64,000 nucleotides of DNA from a virus (IMGVR_UViG_3300032030_000056:1-64000), one strand, 5' to 3'; shown: positions 48,044 to 57,031, counted from the stretch's first letter. Notes: generated from the letters alone by a model not told the origin. Made by a program: numbers and translations.

Positions 48044-48576
48044 TTTGGATTTTTTTTAATAAATTCTACACATTGTTTAATAATCTCTTTGTTTCTTTTA
48101 TTATCCCCTGTATCACAAGGTTGAATATAATAATAATCGGCCTGTATGCCAAAGTTTGATATTTGATGAATACCGTCATATACAACTTTAACTTCGTTTG
48201 CGTGTTTGATAACAGGATGCCCGATTTCCCCAACATATCCTTGTTTTGGAGATACTGTAACCCAATCTATATTACTTAATACAGGTCGCGTTCCATTTGT
48301 TTCTATGGCAACGTATTTTCTTATTGCGTGTAATTTATCAATAAGTGTTTTTGTTAGTTGTATTGTTGGTTCACCACCTGTAATCACAACAAGTTCTGCG
48401 GGATTTTCTGATACAACATTTATTATCTCATCTTCAGGCATAATAATCCAATCTTTATGGTTTGTGTCGCAAAAAGAACACTTTAGATTACACCCAGCAA
48501 ATCGAATAAAAGTTGCTGCAGTTCCGGAATAATATCCCTCCCCTTGTATTGAGTAAAAAATCTCGTTTACTTTCAT
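47998..48576 (-). CDS. queE: 7-carboxy-7-deazaguanine synthase (radical SAM)
   Basis: FYSIQGEG, FIRFAGCNLKCSFCDT, ITGGEP, IETNGT, SLQTQK. Confidence 0.95.
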   Translation of the reverse strand: MKVNEIFYSIQGEGYYSGTAATFIRFAGCNLKCSFCDTNHKDWIIMPEDEIINVVSENPAELVVITGGEPTIQLTKTLIDKLHAIRKYVAIETNGTRPVLSNIDWVTVSPKQGYVGEIGHPVIKHANEVKVVYDGIHQISNFGIQADYYYIQPCDTGDNKRNKEIIKQCVEFIKKNPKWRLSLQTQKILNVR

Positions 48577-48578
48577 AA

Positions 48579-48911
48579 CTAACTCTGTTCGTAAATCGCA
48601 ATATTACCATCACTCTCCTGAACGCTGCATTTGTAACACTCGTGTATTTGCTGTGTTACCCATTTTGCAATATTTTCTGCGGTAGGATTAAACTCAACAA
48701 CATCGTTAAGTAATTTATGGTCGAGTTTGTCGTGTATCATTTTTTTAATAATTGTAAAATCAACAACCATACCATTTTTGTTGAGTTTTTCAGACTTGCA
48801 ATATACTGTAACTATCCAGTTATGCCCATGAAGATTACTGCATTTGCTATTGTAATCAAGAGTCAACATATGAGCTCCTGCAATTTCTAATTTTTTTATA
48901 ACGTAATACAT
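48579..48911 (-). CDS. queD: 6-carboxytetrahydropterin synthase
   Basis: AHML...CSNLHGHNW, DHKLLN, NPTAENIA. Confidence 0.95.
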   Translation of the reverse strand: MYYVIKKLEIAGAHMLTLDYNSKCSNLHGHNWIVTVYCKSEKLNKNGMVVDFTIIKKMIHDKLDHKLLNDVVEFNPTAENIAKWVTQQIHECYKCSVQESDGNIAIYEQS

Positions 48912-48922
48912 AATGAATATTT

Positions 48923-49576
48923 TTATTGTTCATATTTTGTTTTATCATCAATTCCGGCCTCAATCATTGCTTGTTTTCTTTCAACACAGGTTCCGCATTG
49001 CCCACAATGATTTTCTCCTCCCTTATAGCACGAATATGTCATTGAGTAGTCAATCCCAAGTTTTTTACCTATCCTAGCAATATCTGCTTTACTGATGCCA
49101 GTATAAGGTGCTGAAATATTGACATTGTTATATGTGCCATAAGCCATCGCTTCGTTCATTGACTCTATAAAAGTTGCCCTACAATCGGGATAAATGGCAT
49201 GGTCTCCGAAATGGTTGGCGATGAGTACCTTTTTAAGCCCTTTGCTTTCAGCCAATCCACACGCTATTGATAACATAATACCATTACGAAATGGAACAAC
49301 TGTTGATTTCATGTTTTCATCCGCATAATGCCCATTTGGTATAGCATCAGCACCTTCAAGTAATGAAGATTTGAAATAATCACCGATAAAGGTTAAAGGA
49401 ATTACAATGTGCGGAATACCAAGTTTTTTACAATGAATTTTTGCAAATTCTATCTCCCTTTTATTGTGGTTACTGCCATAGTCAAATGTAACCGCTAAAG
49501 ATATCTCGAATTGTTTATCATATAGTAGAGTTACGCTATCCATACCTCCACTAACTATTATTATAGAATCTTTCAT
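48923..49576 (-). CDS. queC: 7-cyano-7-deazaguanine synthase
   Basis: SGGMDS, VPFRNGIMLS, YPDCR, TYSCY...HCGQCGTCVER. Confidence 0.96.
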   Translation of the reverse strand: MKDSIIIVSGGMDSVTLLYDKQFEISLAVTFDYGSNHNKREIEFAKIHCKKLGIPHIVIPLTFIGDYFKSSLLEGADAIPNGHYADENMKSTVVPFRNGIMLSIACGLAESKGLKKVLIANHFGDHAIYPDCRATFIESMNEAMAYGTYNNVNISAPYTGISKADIARIGKKLGIDYSMTYSCYKGGENHCGQCGTCVERKQAMIEAGIDDKTKYEQ

Positions 49577-49582
49577 ATTTTT

Positions 49583-49909
49583 TTATTTGTCGCTTTCTAT
49601 TGTAACACTCCAATCAGTTAAATCTTGATTATCCTCCAAAAAAACAGTTACTTTTAAGTAACTAGGCTCAATTGTTTTTATTATTTCATCATAAACATTA
49701 ATAGCTATATCTTCTATTAAATCATAGAATTGCTTATCAAAAAATTTACGATATTCTATAATATCAAGAACCTTATTATTTGGAATATACTCTATTGCTA
49801 CATTACAATACTCTTTTTGGCCTGTAACTTTGCAATAATTCACAAATGGCTTTATTTTTTCAAAGCGTATTTTTATTTTTTTTGATGAGTTAAAATTTAT
49901 GGCTTTCAT
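49583..49909 (-). CDS. QueF-like T-fold protein lacking the NADPH motif (candidate amidinotransferase, QueF-L)
   Basis: CKVTGQKE aligns to QueF CPxTGQPD; YIPNNKVLDIIEYRKF replaces the E(S/L)KSxKLY motif; conserved Glu in LIED. Confidence 0.7.
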   Translation of the reverse strand: MKAINFNSSKKIKIRFEKIKPFVNYCKVTGQKEYCNVAIEYIPNNKVLDIIEYRKFFDKQFYDLIEDIAINVYDEIIKTIEPSYLKVTVFLEDNQDLTDWSVTIESDK

Positions 49910-49910
49910 T

Positions 49911-50837
49911 TTATGTTGTAATTAGAATTTGTTTTCCATATTCTCTATAGTCTTGGTTGCCACACCAAATTTCGTACAGTCGTTTATACATTTCGCAGCT
50001 AACTATACTCGCGTTTGTTATCCTTGCGCTTTGGTATTGTTCTATTGACTCCCATAAGTCGTTCCCAACCATAGCCTTTACTTTATTTGTGTCCAGCCAT
50101 TCGATTCGATGTCCGCTTGTGGTTAGCTCTCCAAATTGCATAGGCTTCTGCCAAGTAACGCTGTCGCTACTTGTGCATAAATGTGCGCATTGTTGTAATA
50201 CACTTTGTTTTGTGCAACCAAGTAGGTGTATATCAATAGTTGGTTTTTTTTCTTTGATATATTTTACTAGAGGTAATGTGTAAAGGTTGTTTTTTGTCAC
50301 ACCACTACCTATAGCAAGATAATCGCTATACTCTATAAGCCTATCCAAACCATATTTATGGTCTTCTATATGATATACATTGATTATCCTATTATTAGGA
50401 AGCTCCTCGGCCATCCTTTTTCTGAGTGCCCAAGTTTCTTCTACGCCAAGAACGGCTTGTGCATCAACCTCTACAACTGTCACATCTTGAGCATGGTCGT
50501 TTGTAAACCTTATTAATTCGTCATACCATTTATATACAAATTCTTTTGTTGCTTTGTCTTTATGTTTCCCAAATAGTAAACTATATAATCCACTATCTTG
50601 GATGGTATGTCGCATATTACAGTTAATATATTGAGGCATTTGCATATTTGCATCGGTCATCCATTTAAGAGGTATAATAGGCCACACCTTTTTCTTGAAT
50701 ATCCTTTCAGCAACAAAAGGGAATGCGGTATATAAACCATATTGAACACCTAATTGTGATGCAACAATACAATAATTAGGTTTTTCAACACCAGCAAAAT
50801 GAACTTTTAGATTTTGTGGTAAATGTAATTGTTCCAT
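49911..50837 (-). CDS. dpdA: DNA 7-deazaguanine transglycosylase (TGT-like)
   Basis: QDSGLYS, IHLLG, TSSDS motifs, adjacent to the preQ0 genes. Start placed at MEQLHL. Confidence 0.8.
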   Translation of the reverse strand: MEQLHLPQNLKVHFAGVEKPNYCIVASQLGVQYGLYTAFPFVAERIFKKKVWPIIPLKWMTDANMQMPQYINCNMRHTIQDSGLYSLLFGKHKDKATKEFVYKWYDELIRFTNDHAQDVTVVEVDAQAVLGVEETWALRKRMAEELPNNRIINVYHIEDHKYGLDRLIEYSDYLAIGSGVTKNNLYTLPLVKYIKEKKPTIDIHLLGCTKQSVLQQCAHLCTSSDSVTWQKPMQFGELTTSGHRIEWLDTNKVKAMVGNDLWESIEQYQSARITNASIVSCEMYKRLYEIWCGNQDYREYGKQILITT

Positions 50838-50838
50838 G

Positions 50839-51330
50839 TCAGTCGAATATAGAAAGTTGCCTAGGCTCAATAAAATCTTCTGATTTTTTAACTTGAACTA
50901 CATTTTGATGTTCCTGGTCAAATAAATCCTCAAGATTTAATGGTTTAACAACACACTCAAACCCTCCCCATTGTCTAGGGTCAAAATTTGGATTAGTTTC
51001 CATATCGGATAGAATGTTGTCACAATTCCATGATAAGTTTTTTGATTGGGATAGATTATCAACAAGTGCTATCTCTTTCCCTTTTGTATCATTTATGGAA
51101 ACATCTATTCTTCTTATGCATATTAAAACATCGCCACAAGTATCTATTGTAACAACTTTAATCCCTAGCTTTTTTGCAGCTAAAAACACATCGTTCCCAC
51201 AGAGGATATTACCATCTCTGTCCGATACAATTGAGCGGGCGCATCCGAGTTTTTTTAAGGAGTGTTGGATGAGTCCATTACCATAACTCGTCCCGTCATT
51301 ATATCTATTTTCGTTTTTTTTAATGCTCAT
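50839..51330 (-). CDS. ParB/Srx-like N-terminal domain protein
   Basis: NRYNDGT...SLKKLGCARSIVSDRDGNILCGN..AAKKLG...EIALVDN; ends QLSIFD. Confidence 0.7.
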   Translation of the reverse strand: MSIKKNENRYNDGTSYGNGLIQHSLKKLGCARSIVSDRDGNILCGNDVFLAAKKLGIKVVTIDTCGDVLICIRRIDVSINDTKGKEIALVDNLSQSKNLSWNCDNILSDMETNPNFDPRQWGGFECVVKPLNLEDLFDQEHQNVVQVKKSEDFIEPRQLSIFD

Positions 51331-51474
51331 ATATGTTTTCTATTTATGTTTTCTTAAAAACCAAAGTGATAGTGTACTGTAGTGCGAGTACAAATACACT
51401 ATACACTTTGGATAAGAGCGTTCAATTAAAAGATGAGGAGCTATTAGGTTCTCGCACAACCTTGTGGATTTAAC

Positions 51475-51882
51475 TTAGAACGGTGGTTGTTCTGAAGAAG
51501 GGCTAGGCATTGGTGCGGGTGCTGGAGAATAACCACCATATTGTGGTTGTGGTGCTTGCGGGTGGTAAGGCGCAGGATTCACTTGTTGATGTTGTGCTAC
51601 ATTTGCTTCGTTTTCCCTTGTCGCTTTCCACGCATTAATTGACGTGAAATACTTGCCGTTGTATTGTCTGCTTTCGATGTCGAAACTTACTGTGTAAATT
51701 CCGCCAAGTTGAATATTCATTTGAGCATACTTGTCTTGCCCAAGTGTTTGAAAGTAGATAACACGAGGATAATCCCCAAAAGTAGTACCAACGAAAGAAT
51801 ACCTTGTGTAAGTTGTTGCTCCGTCTTTACCTAAGAAACTTTGCGGTTCAAGGATTTCGGTAATTTTTACTTGTACTTCCAT
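51475..51882 (-). CDS. DUF3127-type OB-fold ssDNA-binding-like protein
   Basis: TFGDYPRVIYFQTLG...VSFDIESRQYNGKYFTSINAWK; Pro/Gln tail ending QPPF. Confidence 0.75.
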   Translation of the reverse strand: MEVQVKITEILEPQSFLGKDGATTYTRYSFVGTTFGDYPRVIYFQTLGQDKYAQMNIQLGGIYTVSFDIESRQYNGKYFTSINAWKATRENEANVAQHQQVNPAPYHPQAPQPQYGGYSPAPAPMPSPSSEQPPF

Positions 51883-51929
51883 TTTCTTTGTTTTGTTGTT
51901 TGTTGAGTTTGTAATGTTGATATTTCCTG

Positions 51930-51960
51930 CAAAGATACAACACTCGTTGCAATATTGCAA
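51930..51960 (-). promoter_or_regulatory. Promoter with operator palindrome
   Basis: TATCTTTG (51937-51930); TTGCAATATTGCAA at 51947-51960. Confidence 0.8.
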
Positions 51961-51994
51961 GTTAATTTTTTCTAAATTTATCGGCTTAAATAAA

Positions 51995-52078
51995 TCGTTT
52001 TTAAGCGCATTTTTGTTGCTAGCTTAGTAGTTATACCCTTTAACCATAAAAGCGGCTTAAAAGTGCCTTAAAATGCTA
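51995..52078 (+). repeat. Dispersed ~95-bp element, copy C
   Basis: TTTTAAGCGCATTTT...AGTTATACCC...TAACCATAAAAGCGGCTTAAAAGTGCCTTAAAATGC; shares blocks with copy A. Confidence 0.7.
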
Positions 52079-52081
52079 AAT

Positions 52082-52516
52082 TTAGTGTTTTATTGTGTTC
52101 CTTATACCCATAACAATCAAAAATAGGCAAATCACGATATTTGCTACTGAAACAAAATAGTAAACATTGTAATTTGCCAATTCATGTGATTGAAAATAGG
52201 ATTTTTCAAAGAGTTGTAACGCTAGGTAAACAATTGCAAGTTTGTTGAATATGCAGGTGCGTATGGCGATTGACAATATTACCAAAAATGCGACAAATTG
52301 GATATTGTACTCAAACCATTGCCCAAGAAACCAAGAAATCGGCTTATTAAGCATTATGCCATCTGCGCAAATCACAAAATCTTCGCAATATAGCGATTTT
52401 ATATTCTCAAAGTAAGAAATAGCTACAACTGCGCAAATCAAGAACGGCATTAGCTTACCGAACTCAATCAACGTGATGCGCATTCGGTGAGATAGTCCGT
52501 TCTTGATTGCTTTCAT
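52082..52516 (-). CDS. Multi-pass membrane protein
   Basis: 144 aa with about four hydrophobic segments. Confidence 0.7.
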   Translation of the reverse strand: MKAIKNGLSHRMRITLIEFGKLMPFLICAVVAISYFENIKSLYCEDFVICADGIMLNKPISWFLGQWFEYNIQFVAFLVILSIAIRTCIFNKLAIVYLALQLFEKSYFQSHELANYNVYYFVSVANIVICLFLIVMGIRNTIKH

Positions 52517-52698
52517 TTTCGCTTTTTCTTTATCGTTACTTTGAAATTTGCACCAGCATCGGAAGGTGGTCTGCTTTTGACTTTTTTCAAGCTATCGTTG
52601 CTTGTGGTGTCATTCTTTTGCCTCAACTGCACAGATTGCTTAACCTTTACCTTGCCTTTCGCTTTGCGTGTCTTGCGTTTTCTCCTCTTTATAGCCAT
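52513..52698 (-). CDS. Small highly basic protein
   Basis: MAIKRRKRKTRKAKGKVKVK..., 61 aa; fills the gap between neighbours. Confidence 0.45.
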   Translation of the reverse strand: MAIKRRKRKTRKAKGKVKVKQSVQLRQKNDTTSNDSLKKVKSRPPSDAGANFKVTIKKKRK

Positions 52699-52706
52699 CC
52701 TATTAA

Positions 52707-53093
52707 TCAAAAAAGACTTTCTTCGGCATCCTTGCAAGCCTTTTCAAATTCAGCTTTCAATTCATCCAGTTTTTGTCTAACTTCATCACTTATGCGTGGG
52801 CAACCATTCAACCAAGACCTAAAATTAGGTATATTTTGGTTGTATTGTTCTGCCCAAATGCAATACTCGTTCCATTGGTCGAAATATGCGAAATTCACAT
52901 CTTCGTTAACAATGATGCGTATCGTGTCATAGTCTAGTGCGTAATTATCGCCATAGCACCACAACCCGCCAATTTCATCACTGACCCAAAAGCCATAGCT
53001 TTCCTCAAGATGCCATTTTTTGCATAACATCTTGACGTAGCCATTGGCGGTTAATTCGAAGTTCTTTTTTAGTGTTTCGACCTTGTTATCCAT
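52707..53093 (-). CDS. Hypothetical protein
   Basis: Start placed at MDNKVETL, after the stop of the upstream gene. Confidence 0.65.
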   Translation of the reverse strand: MDNKVETLKKNFELTANGYVKMLCKKWHLEESYGFWVSDEIGGLWCYGDNYALDYDTIRIIVNEDVNFAYFDQWNEYCIWAEQYNQNIPNFRSWLNGCPRISDEVRQKLDELKAEFEKACKDAEESLF

Positions 53094-53097
53094 TTCT

Positions 53098-53304
53098 TTA
53101 GTTTTCTTCTTTTTTGCCATTTCGAGCGTACCATTCATCATAATCCGTTGGTTTCTCGATAAGTCGCCCATTCATCTTACCTCTTGAAAATGTATGTACT
53201 GGTAAAACACCAGAACTAATCAAGTGATAGACGTGAGCGGTTGTTTTGCCTATATATTCGGCATATTGGCTTACTGTTATGTAATTCTCTACTGAATTAG
53301 TCAT
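53098..53304 (-). CDS. Excisionase/MerR-type HTH DNA-binding protein
   Basis: YITVSQYAEYIGKTTAHVYHLISSGVLP. Confidence 0.75.
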   Translation of the reverse strand: MTNSVENYITVSQYAEYIGKTTAHVYHLISSGVLPVHTFSRGKMNGRLIEKPTDYDEWYARNGKKEEN

Positions 53305-53309
53305 ATATT

Positions 53310-54014
53310 TTAGTCAGTTTCTTTGTTTTGTTGTTTTATAGCGTCTTTTTTCAAGATTTCTTCATTTTCCATTGATTGAATTGCTTCAATGTTTTCTTGC
53401 ATTACTTGTTCGTCCGTTTTAGGCTTGAAAATAACCCTTTCGGTAATATCTTCGGAAAATTCACGGATTTTGGCAATGCACCCATCAATGAATTGCTTGT
53501 TTGTCAAGCCTTCTTTGTGTTCGTCAAGCAAAATGGCACTTTTGGCGATATTATACATATAATCCAAAAAGACCATAAATCCATAAACTTCGGTTTCACC
53601 AATAGAGAACAAAGGATTAAAAATGTTGTAAAACCACTCATCTACGAATGTAGCAGTAAGGTAATCAACATCATTTTCGCCTTTTTCTTTCAAAGTGTTC
53701 ATCAGCTTGCCGTATGAAAAGAATTTGTAGCCATCTGTATCAGTAACGGTACAATCATTTTCTTCAGCAATTTCGATAAAACGCTTGATGTACAAATAAG
53801 GTCTGCTGACACCACTTGACGTGAAATTGGTAAACACATGGTCGTGGTAGCCAGTACCTACAACGGCACATTCATTGGTTAAGGTTAAACGAAGACCCTT
53901 GTCGCTGAAAAAGATTTCTTTCGTTTCTTTTGTCCTGTCAACGTGAACCACTGCACGTTCAATGCGCTTTTCCAGTTGCGCTTTTGTAGTCTTTTGGCCT
54001 TGAGGTTGTTTCAT
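53310..54014 (-). CDS. Hypothetical protein
   Basis: 234-aa ORF. Confidence 0.8.
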   Translation of the reverse strand: MKQPQGQKTTKAQLEKRIERAVVHVDRTKETKEIFFSDKGLRLTLTNECAVVGTGYHDHVFTNFTSSGVSRPYLYIKRFIEIAEENDCTVTDTDGYKFFSYGKLMNTLKEKGENDVDYLTATFVDEWFYNIFNPLFSIGETEVYGFMVFLDYMYNIAKSAILLDEHKEGLTNKQFIDGCIAKIREFSEDITERVIFKPKTDEQVMQENIEAIQSMENEEILKKDAIKQQNKETD

Positions 54015-54016
54015 TG

Positions 54017-54547
54017 TTATTTCTTTCTCTTGTTGTTGATTTCTGAATAGATAACACTTAATCTCATCACAAGTGCATCGTGACCAGTAGGCACACGACC
54101 TTTGATGCGGTTGCGCTTGTTGTAGTCCTTAATGAAAGCTGCTGCCTCTTCATCATTTGTCACGTTGTCAAAGAAATACTCGTTTTTTGGTAATTCGTTG
54201 TTCGTTTCGACACCCTCGTTTTCTAATTCCTTTGCTTCTTCCAAAAGTCTTTTTGCGGCATCTTTGCTTTCATCATCCAAATCCATGTGTTCTACATCTT
54301 CATCCATGTATTCGGGAACGACAAAAATTTGCTTTATACCAACGAATTGCTCAAGCGTAAACACCTTGGTAACTCTTGGTTTTTCGTCTTTTTCACTATC
54401 AAACGTAACCACACCATAGCACTCGCGCCCGTCTGCCATTTCAATCACACCGACACCAACTTTGAAAGATTTAGTGCCATCCCACTCTTTTTTAGGTATT
54501 GCAGGCAATCCTAATGCCTTACAAACGAAATCCTCGTAATAAATCAT
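54017..54547 (-). CDS. Hypothetical protein
   Basis: 176-aa ORF, first gene after the operator-bearing promoter. Confidence 0.8.
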   Translation of the reverse strand: MIYYEDFVCKALGLPAIPKKEWDGTKSFKVGVGVIEMADGRECYGVVTFDSEKDEKPRVTKVFTLEQFVGIKQIFVVPEYMDEDVEHMDLDDESKDAAKRLLEEAKELENEGVETNNELPKNEYFFDNVTNDEEAAAFIKDYNKRNRIKGRVPTGHDALVMRLSVIYSEINNKRKK

Positions 54548-54577
54548 AATAAACTAGCTTATATATTAAAAACTTTG

Positions 54578-54609
54578 CAAAGGTAGTGCTTTGTTTGCAA
54601 TATTGCAAA
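54578..54609 (-). promoter_or_regulatory. Promoter with operator palindrome
   Basis: TACCTTTG (54585-54578); TTGCAATATTGCAA at 54595-54608. Confidence 0.8.
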
Positions 54610-54639
54610 TAGATGATTTATTATTTTTCAACGAGAACA

Positions 54640-54680
54640 AAAAATGTTGGCGGCAATGATTCACATCAGACCGCCAACTA
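54640..54680 (-). terminator. Terminator after recT
   Basis: GTTGGCGG / CCGCCAAC stem with inner GAT-GTGA-ATC, then a T-run on the minus strand. Confidence 0.7.
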
Positions 54681-54732
54681 ATGCTAAAAGATATGTAAAC
54701 CAACAAAATTGTAAGAATGAAGAAATTAAGTA

Positions 54733-55605
54733 CTATTTGTTTTCGTTTTCTTGAGTTTCTTCGTTTTCATCGTCAACGGAAAAATCCGCATCAATGAACC
54801 TATCGGCAACTTCTTGTGCGTGTTGTGCGGCAAGCAACATTTCGTCAGTATTGTCCGTATATTCATACTTTGTTACCGATTCTTTCATAACGCTTTGGTC
54901 TGCGATGATTGCGTCTTGCAACTCAACGGAAAGCGGAGCGTTCTTTGAAAGATTCAGCTTAATTACGGTTTTTAGTGCCATAGTAAGGAAATTCAAAGTC
55001 CAAGGACTGTTTCTGCGCACATATTCGTTGTTTGAACGATATGACTGTGAATAGCGTTTTGCGTGGCTTTCCATTTCTTCCGCAGACATAAAGAATGTTG
55101 ATTCTGCGCCATTCAAAAGACGGAAATAGCTTGCGTAACCGATAGTGGGCAATTCTGCACGTTTCTTTTCATCTTCGATAAAACGGAACACACACTCGCC
55201 AGTAAGTCTGTTTCTGCTTACCAATTCGCCTTGTTTGATGTCGGTTGCATTGGGGATTGTCGCAAATTGGTTTGTGCGCAAAGCGAGTTGCTTGTAGCCT
55301 TTTGCACCGATTTGGAATTGAGCGACAGTTACTTTGTTCTTGTTATCCTTATAAGGGATAACGTAAGCAAAGCCGAGTGCGTTATCAAGCGGTAGGTCGA
55401 GTGCGGTTGCTTTCATTGCAGCAAACATAACAGTGTACGGCTCACACGCTTGCAAATTTACGTTGTTTGCGACCAATGCGGTTAGGTTGTTAACGAAAGA
55501 AGCTTTTCTTTCGCCCAAAACGCTTTCCAAATACTCTTGTGTCTTACTGTTTGTGATTGCACGATTAAATTTTTGCAATCCAGTTTCTTGCTTTTGTTCT
55601 GCCAT
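54733..55605 (-). CDS. recT: RecT-family ssDNA annealing protein
   Basis: ATALDLPLDNALGFAYVIPY, AQFQIGAKGYKQLALRT, MALKTVIK. Confidence 0.9.
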   Translation of the reverse strand: MAEQKQETGLQKFNRAITNSKTQEYLESVLGERKASFVNNLTALVANNVNLQACEPYTVMFAAMKATALDLPLDNALGFAYVIPYKDNKNKVTVAQFQIGAKGYKQLALRTNQFATIPNATDIKQGELVSRNRLTGECVFRFIEDEKKRAELPTIGYASYFRLLNGAESTFFMSAEEMESHAKRYSQSYRSNNEYVRRNSPWTLNFLTMALKTVIKLNLSKNAPLSVELQDAIIADQSVMKESVTKYEYTDNTDEMLLAAQHAQEVADRFIDADFSVDDENEETQENENK

Positions 55606-55619
55606 GATTTTCTCTTTTT

Positions 55620-56663
55620 TTAGTCGTTGTTATTTTGTTCTTTTTGCGGCTTGACTTTGATAGAAAGGAAGCCTTTTCTTTTTGTTTCTTTTTTGTATTT
55701 TGCTTTGATTCTCTTTGCTATCGTTGGGTGCTCTGCGGCAAAATCATCCATGTAAGCCTTTGCATCAAACGAAACAGTTGTTGTGGGTAATACTACCGAA
55801 AAAGTATAGTCTTGACCAGAAACGCTCTTGATGCCTTTTTCTACCATGAACTCGTATAGCTTTTGTTTGAATTGCTCTACCCTTTTTTCCTGTTGTTTGA
55901 TGTTGCGCATCACTTCAGCGATTTGCAGGAATTGTCCTTGTATTTTTTCGGGCAAGTATTGTGCTTGGACTATATCGTTCTCAGAATAAAAATCAAATGT
56001 TTCCAAGAACTCGTTAACCAAATCCATAGCGTTGTTCATATCGAACAATTTGCTATTGAACCTGACTTCTTGAATTGTAAGCCTTGTTTCGTCAAACGTA
56101 AAAGGTTGTTCCAAGTCAATCCCTTCGGTATTGTAGTGTGCAAGATATACTTTACACCTCCATTTCTTGCCCAACTTTAAGCATTTCTCACGACCGAATA
56201 GCGTGTGGTGATACAATTGCGCACGATATTCATTCCGCACTTCTTGTGTTGTGTACTTGCTTGCCTTGACTTCCCAAATATAGATTGTTTGGTTTTTATC
56301 GTCTTGAAATGCGACATCAACGTGGTCAATACACTTCACGTTTTTGCGTGAATACTTTTCGCTTACCCAACACGGATTACTTTGGTAGTGTTCTTCATCT
56401 CCTTTTGAAATCAATTCAAAAACGCATTGTTCTACATAATCTCCATATTCCATTGCTCGATTGGTCATGTTTTCTTGATGCACCAAACCTTTGCAAATGG
56501 CAAGACGCTTGTACGCAGACGTTGGTATTGCGCCAATTGTATCAATTTGTGCAAGCATTTTTGCATCACTTCCACCCAAGCACCCAACTCTTGTGCTAAT
56601 CACATCTGCTTTGTGTGCATAGGTCATTTTCTCGTCTTGTTGATGTTTTTGTTCTTGTTCCAT
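55620..56663 (-). CDS. YqaJ / lambda-exonuclease-like recombination nuclease
   Basis: RVGCLGGSD, AMEYGDYVE, HVD...WEVKAS, AQLYH; adjacent to recT. Confidence 0.8.
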   Translation of the reverse strand: MEQEQKHQQDEKMTYAHKADVISTRVGCLGGSDAKMLAQIDTIGAIPTSAYKRLAICKGLVHQENMTNRAMEYGDYVEQCVFELISKGDEEHYQSNPCWVSEKYSRKNVKCIDHVDVAFQDDKNQTIYIWEVKASKYTTQEVRNEYRAQLYHHTLFGREKCLKLGKKWRCKVYLAHYNTEGIDLEQPFTFDETRLTIQEVRFNSKLFDMNNAMDLVNEFLETFDFYSENDIVQAQYLPEKIQGQFLQIAEVMRNIKQQEKRVEQFKQKLYEFMVEKGIKSVSGQDYTFSVVLPTTTVSFDAKAYMDDFAAEHPTIAKRIKAKYKKETKRKGFLSIKVKPQKEQNNND

Positions 56664-56668
56664 TTTAA

Positions 56669-57010
56669 TTATGCGGTTTTAATAATTGATATATCTCGTG
56701 AAACGACATTGTTCTGTATTATTGTTTTGCCTCCTACTTCCGTCTTATGGCTTGTAAGTCTTGCTTGCACATAGACTTTATTGCCTTGAGTTAAACCAAT
56801 ACGTTCAATATAATCAAGTTGTATTTTCTCATACACAAAGACACGGATAAGTGTCAATGAATATGAGCGGTCTTGTGTATCGTGGAAATCCCTATTGTAT
56901 GCGTCTATCTCAAGTATAAACGTACAATATTTGTTTCCGTTTTCTGCCGTGCCGAATTTTATCCTTTCTCCGACACGACCAACCAGTATCACAATGTTTG
57001 TATCTTTCAT
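56669..57010 (-). CDS. ssb: Single-stranded DNA-binding protein
   Basis: NIVILVGRVG..., LTQGNKVYVQARLTSHK. Confidence 0.75.
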   Translation of the reverse strand: MKDTNIVILVGRVGERIKFGTAENGNKYCTFILEIDAYNRDFHDTQDRSYSLTLIRVFVYEKIQLDYIERIGLTQGNKVYVQARLTSHKTEVGGKTIIQNNVVSRDISIIKTA

Positions 57011-57031
57011 TGTTTTGTTGCTTAAAAAATT

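Noticed and set aside
48579-49909. Queuosine tRNA-modification auxiliary metabolic genes
   Set aside because: No queA, queG or tRNA-type tgt is present, and the TGT-like protein has DpdA-style motifs. DNA modification explains the cluster better.
50839-51330. ParABS plasmid-prophage partition system
   Set aside because: Only the ParB/Srx N-terminal domain is present, with no HTH region and no ParA in the window. Its context is the dpd cluster.
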